A stretch of 64,000 bases of DNA from Mobula birostris (lineage: Eukaryota). Every line of letters starts with the position of its first letter. Position 1 is the first letter of the stretch. Below are positions 62,991 through 64,000 of this stretch, piece after piece. Where the stretch lies: the NCBI RefSeq assembly GCF_030028105.1, contig NC_092377.1, forward strand, positions 29,880,782-29,944,781. Reading direction: 5' to 3'. Below the pieces are notes generated by a model. It ran no database searches. It had not been told where the DNA came from and saw only the letters and a program-made list of their open reading frames with translations. The translations under genes were made by a program, and so were the position numbers.

Positions 62991-64000
62991 AATATTTAAC
63001 CTTAAAAGGGAGTTTAAAAAATAATTGCCAATAGGAGTCACCACCAACAACAATGGAAGGTGGCTCCTTTGAGTTTCTTTTATGTCTTGCTTATATCTCA
63101 CTCCTCACCCTGGCTTCAATTTGAAAACTAGAGACCTGCCGTTCTTTACACCATTGTTTTGAGGAGGGATCACTTGGGATACCAATTGACTGGCCGAGTT
63201 CGTCCAGCATTTCTCAGATTAGACCATCTGCAACTTTTGTTTGCTTTCTTTAGAGTAATGGAGGGAATTAAGTTCAGGAAAGAAAGGTGCAGAAAATAAG
63301 CACGTGTAAGTGAAGGTGATAGGTAAGTGCTAAAGTTGCATACAGCATAAAGATGTCATGTTGATGTACAGACGTTGAACTAGTATTATAGATATCTTCA
63401 GCAATTTCATATAAATCTTGTGTTATTTCTATGCTTGCCTTTACTTTGTCGTGTTTGCCACAATAGGCAGTACTTTTGTGCTGAGCCTCAACTATTTCAT
63501 TAGAATAAATTCAGGCCAACCCCAGAGGGCAGGTGAAAGAGACAGCTTCCTACAGAAAGATCATGAAAGAAAATGCACTTAAATAAGATCTTTAATTGTG
63601 TAGACAGAGGGAGCTTATTGTACAGATATCAATGTCCGTGGTGTTGAAAATTTAAGGTAACACTCTGAAAAAGTCAAAGGGACAAACTCTTGAATATGAA
63701 GGTTTATAGTACAGTATTTTAAAGTATCATGCCAAACAGAAACTGACGTTGTTGGTTTCAACAAGGCGTTTCCTGTTGATCAATTGCCAATTTCTCATGC
63801 AGCTCAGCCAGTGAGGTACTCGCAGCCAATGCTCAAAGGAACACGTCACAAAATAAGCAGCAATCTTCCATTTGCAAGGAATATTGCTACTGAATGAATG
63901 GATGTGTGGACAAGTATGCTCTCAGAGGCTTGAAGGGGTTCTGACTCTCTGGTGAAGAATAGTAACACAAACATCACTTGAAGGTAAAGGACCAGAGATC

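Overview
Eukaryotic, repeat-rich (~40% GC) vertebrate genomic DNA. The repeat content (CR1, Rex1/Babar, V-SINE/HE1-like, Penelope-like elements) points to a cartilaginous fish, probably a ray; this is an inference. The window lies inside one minus-strand gene, a classical calpain large subunit most like calpain-2 (CAPN2). I traced 16 consecutive coding exons (equivalent to exons 3-18, 47025 down to 5962; 1596 nt). Splice phases are consistent throughout and the Cys/His/Asn catalytic triad is intact. Exons 1-2 and 19-21 were not found and are probably outside the window. Splicing features include a U12-type intron, a GC-AG intron and a 12-nt microexon. The introns contain many CR1 fragments, a full-length 5.8-kb L1-clade LINE with a target-site duplication (TSD), and a four-level nest (Rex1 > RTE > LTR-like > Hero-type LINE). 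They also contain Penelope-like elements carrying minimal hammerhead-ribozyme motifs, several SINEs, a 93-bp MITE with a 6-bp TSD and a 20-copy minisatellite derived from LINE coding sequence. The least-explained signals are ribozyme-like RNA motifs in retroelements and a possible pair of cryptic in-frame exons in calpain intron 11. Repeat boundaries were estimated by eye unless a TSD is quoted.
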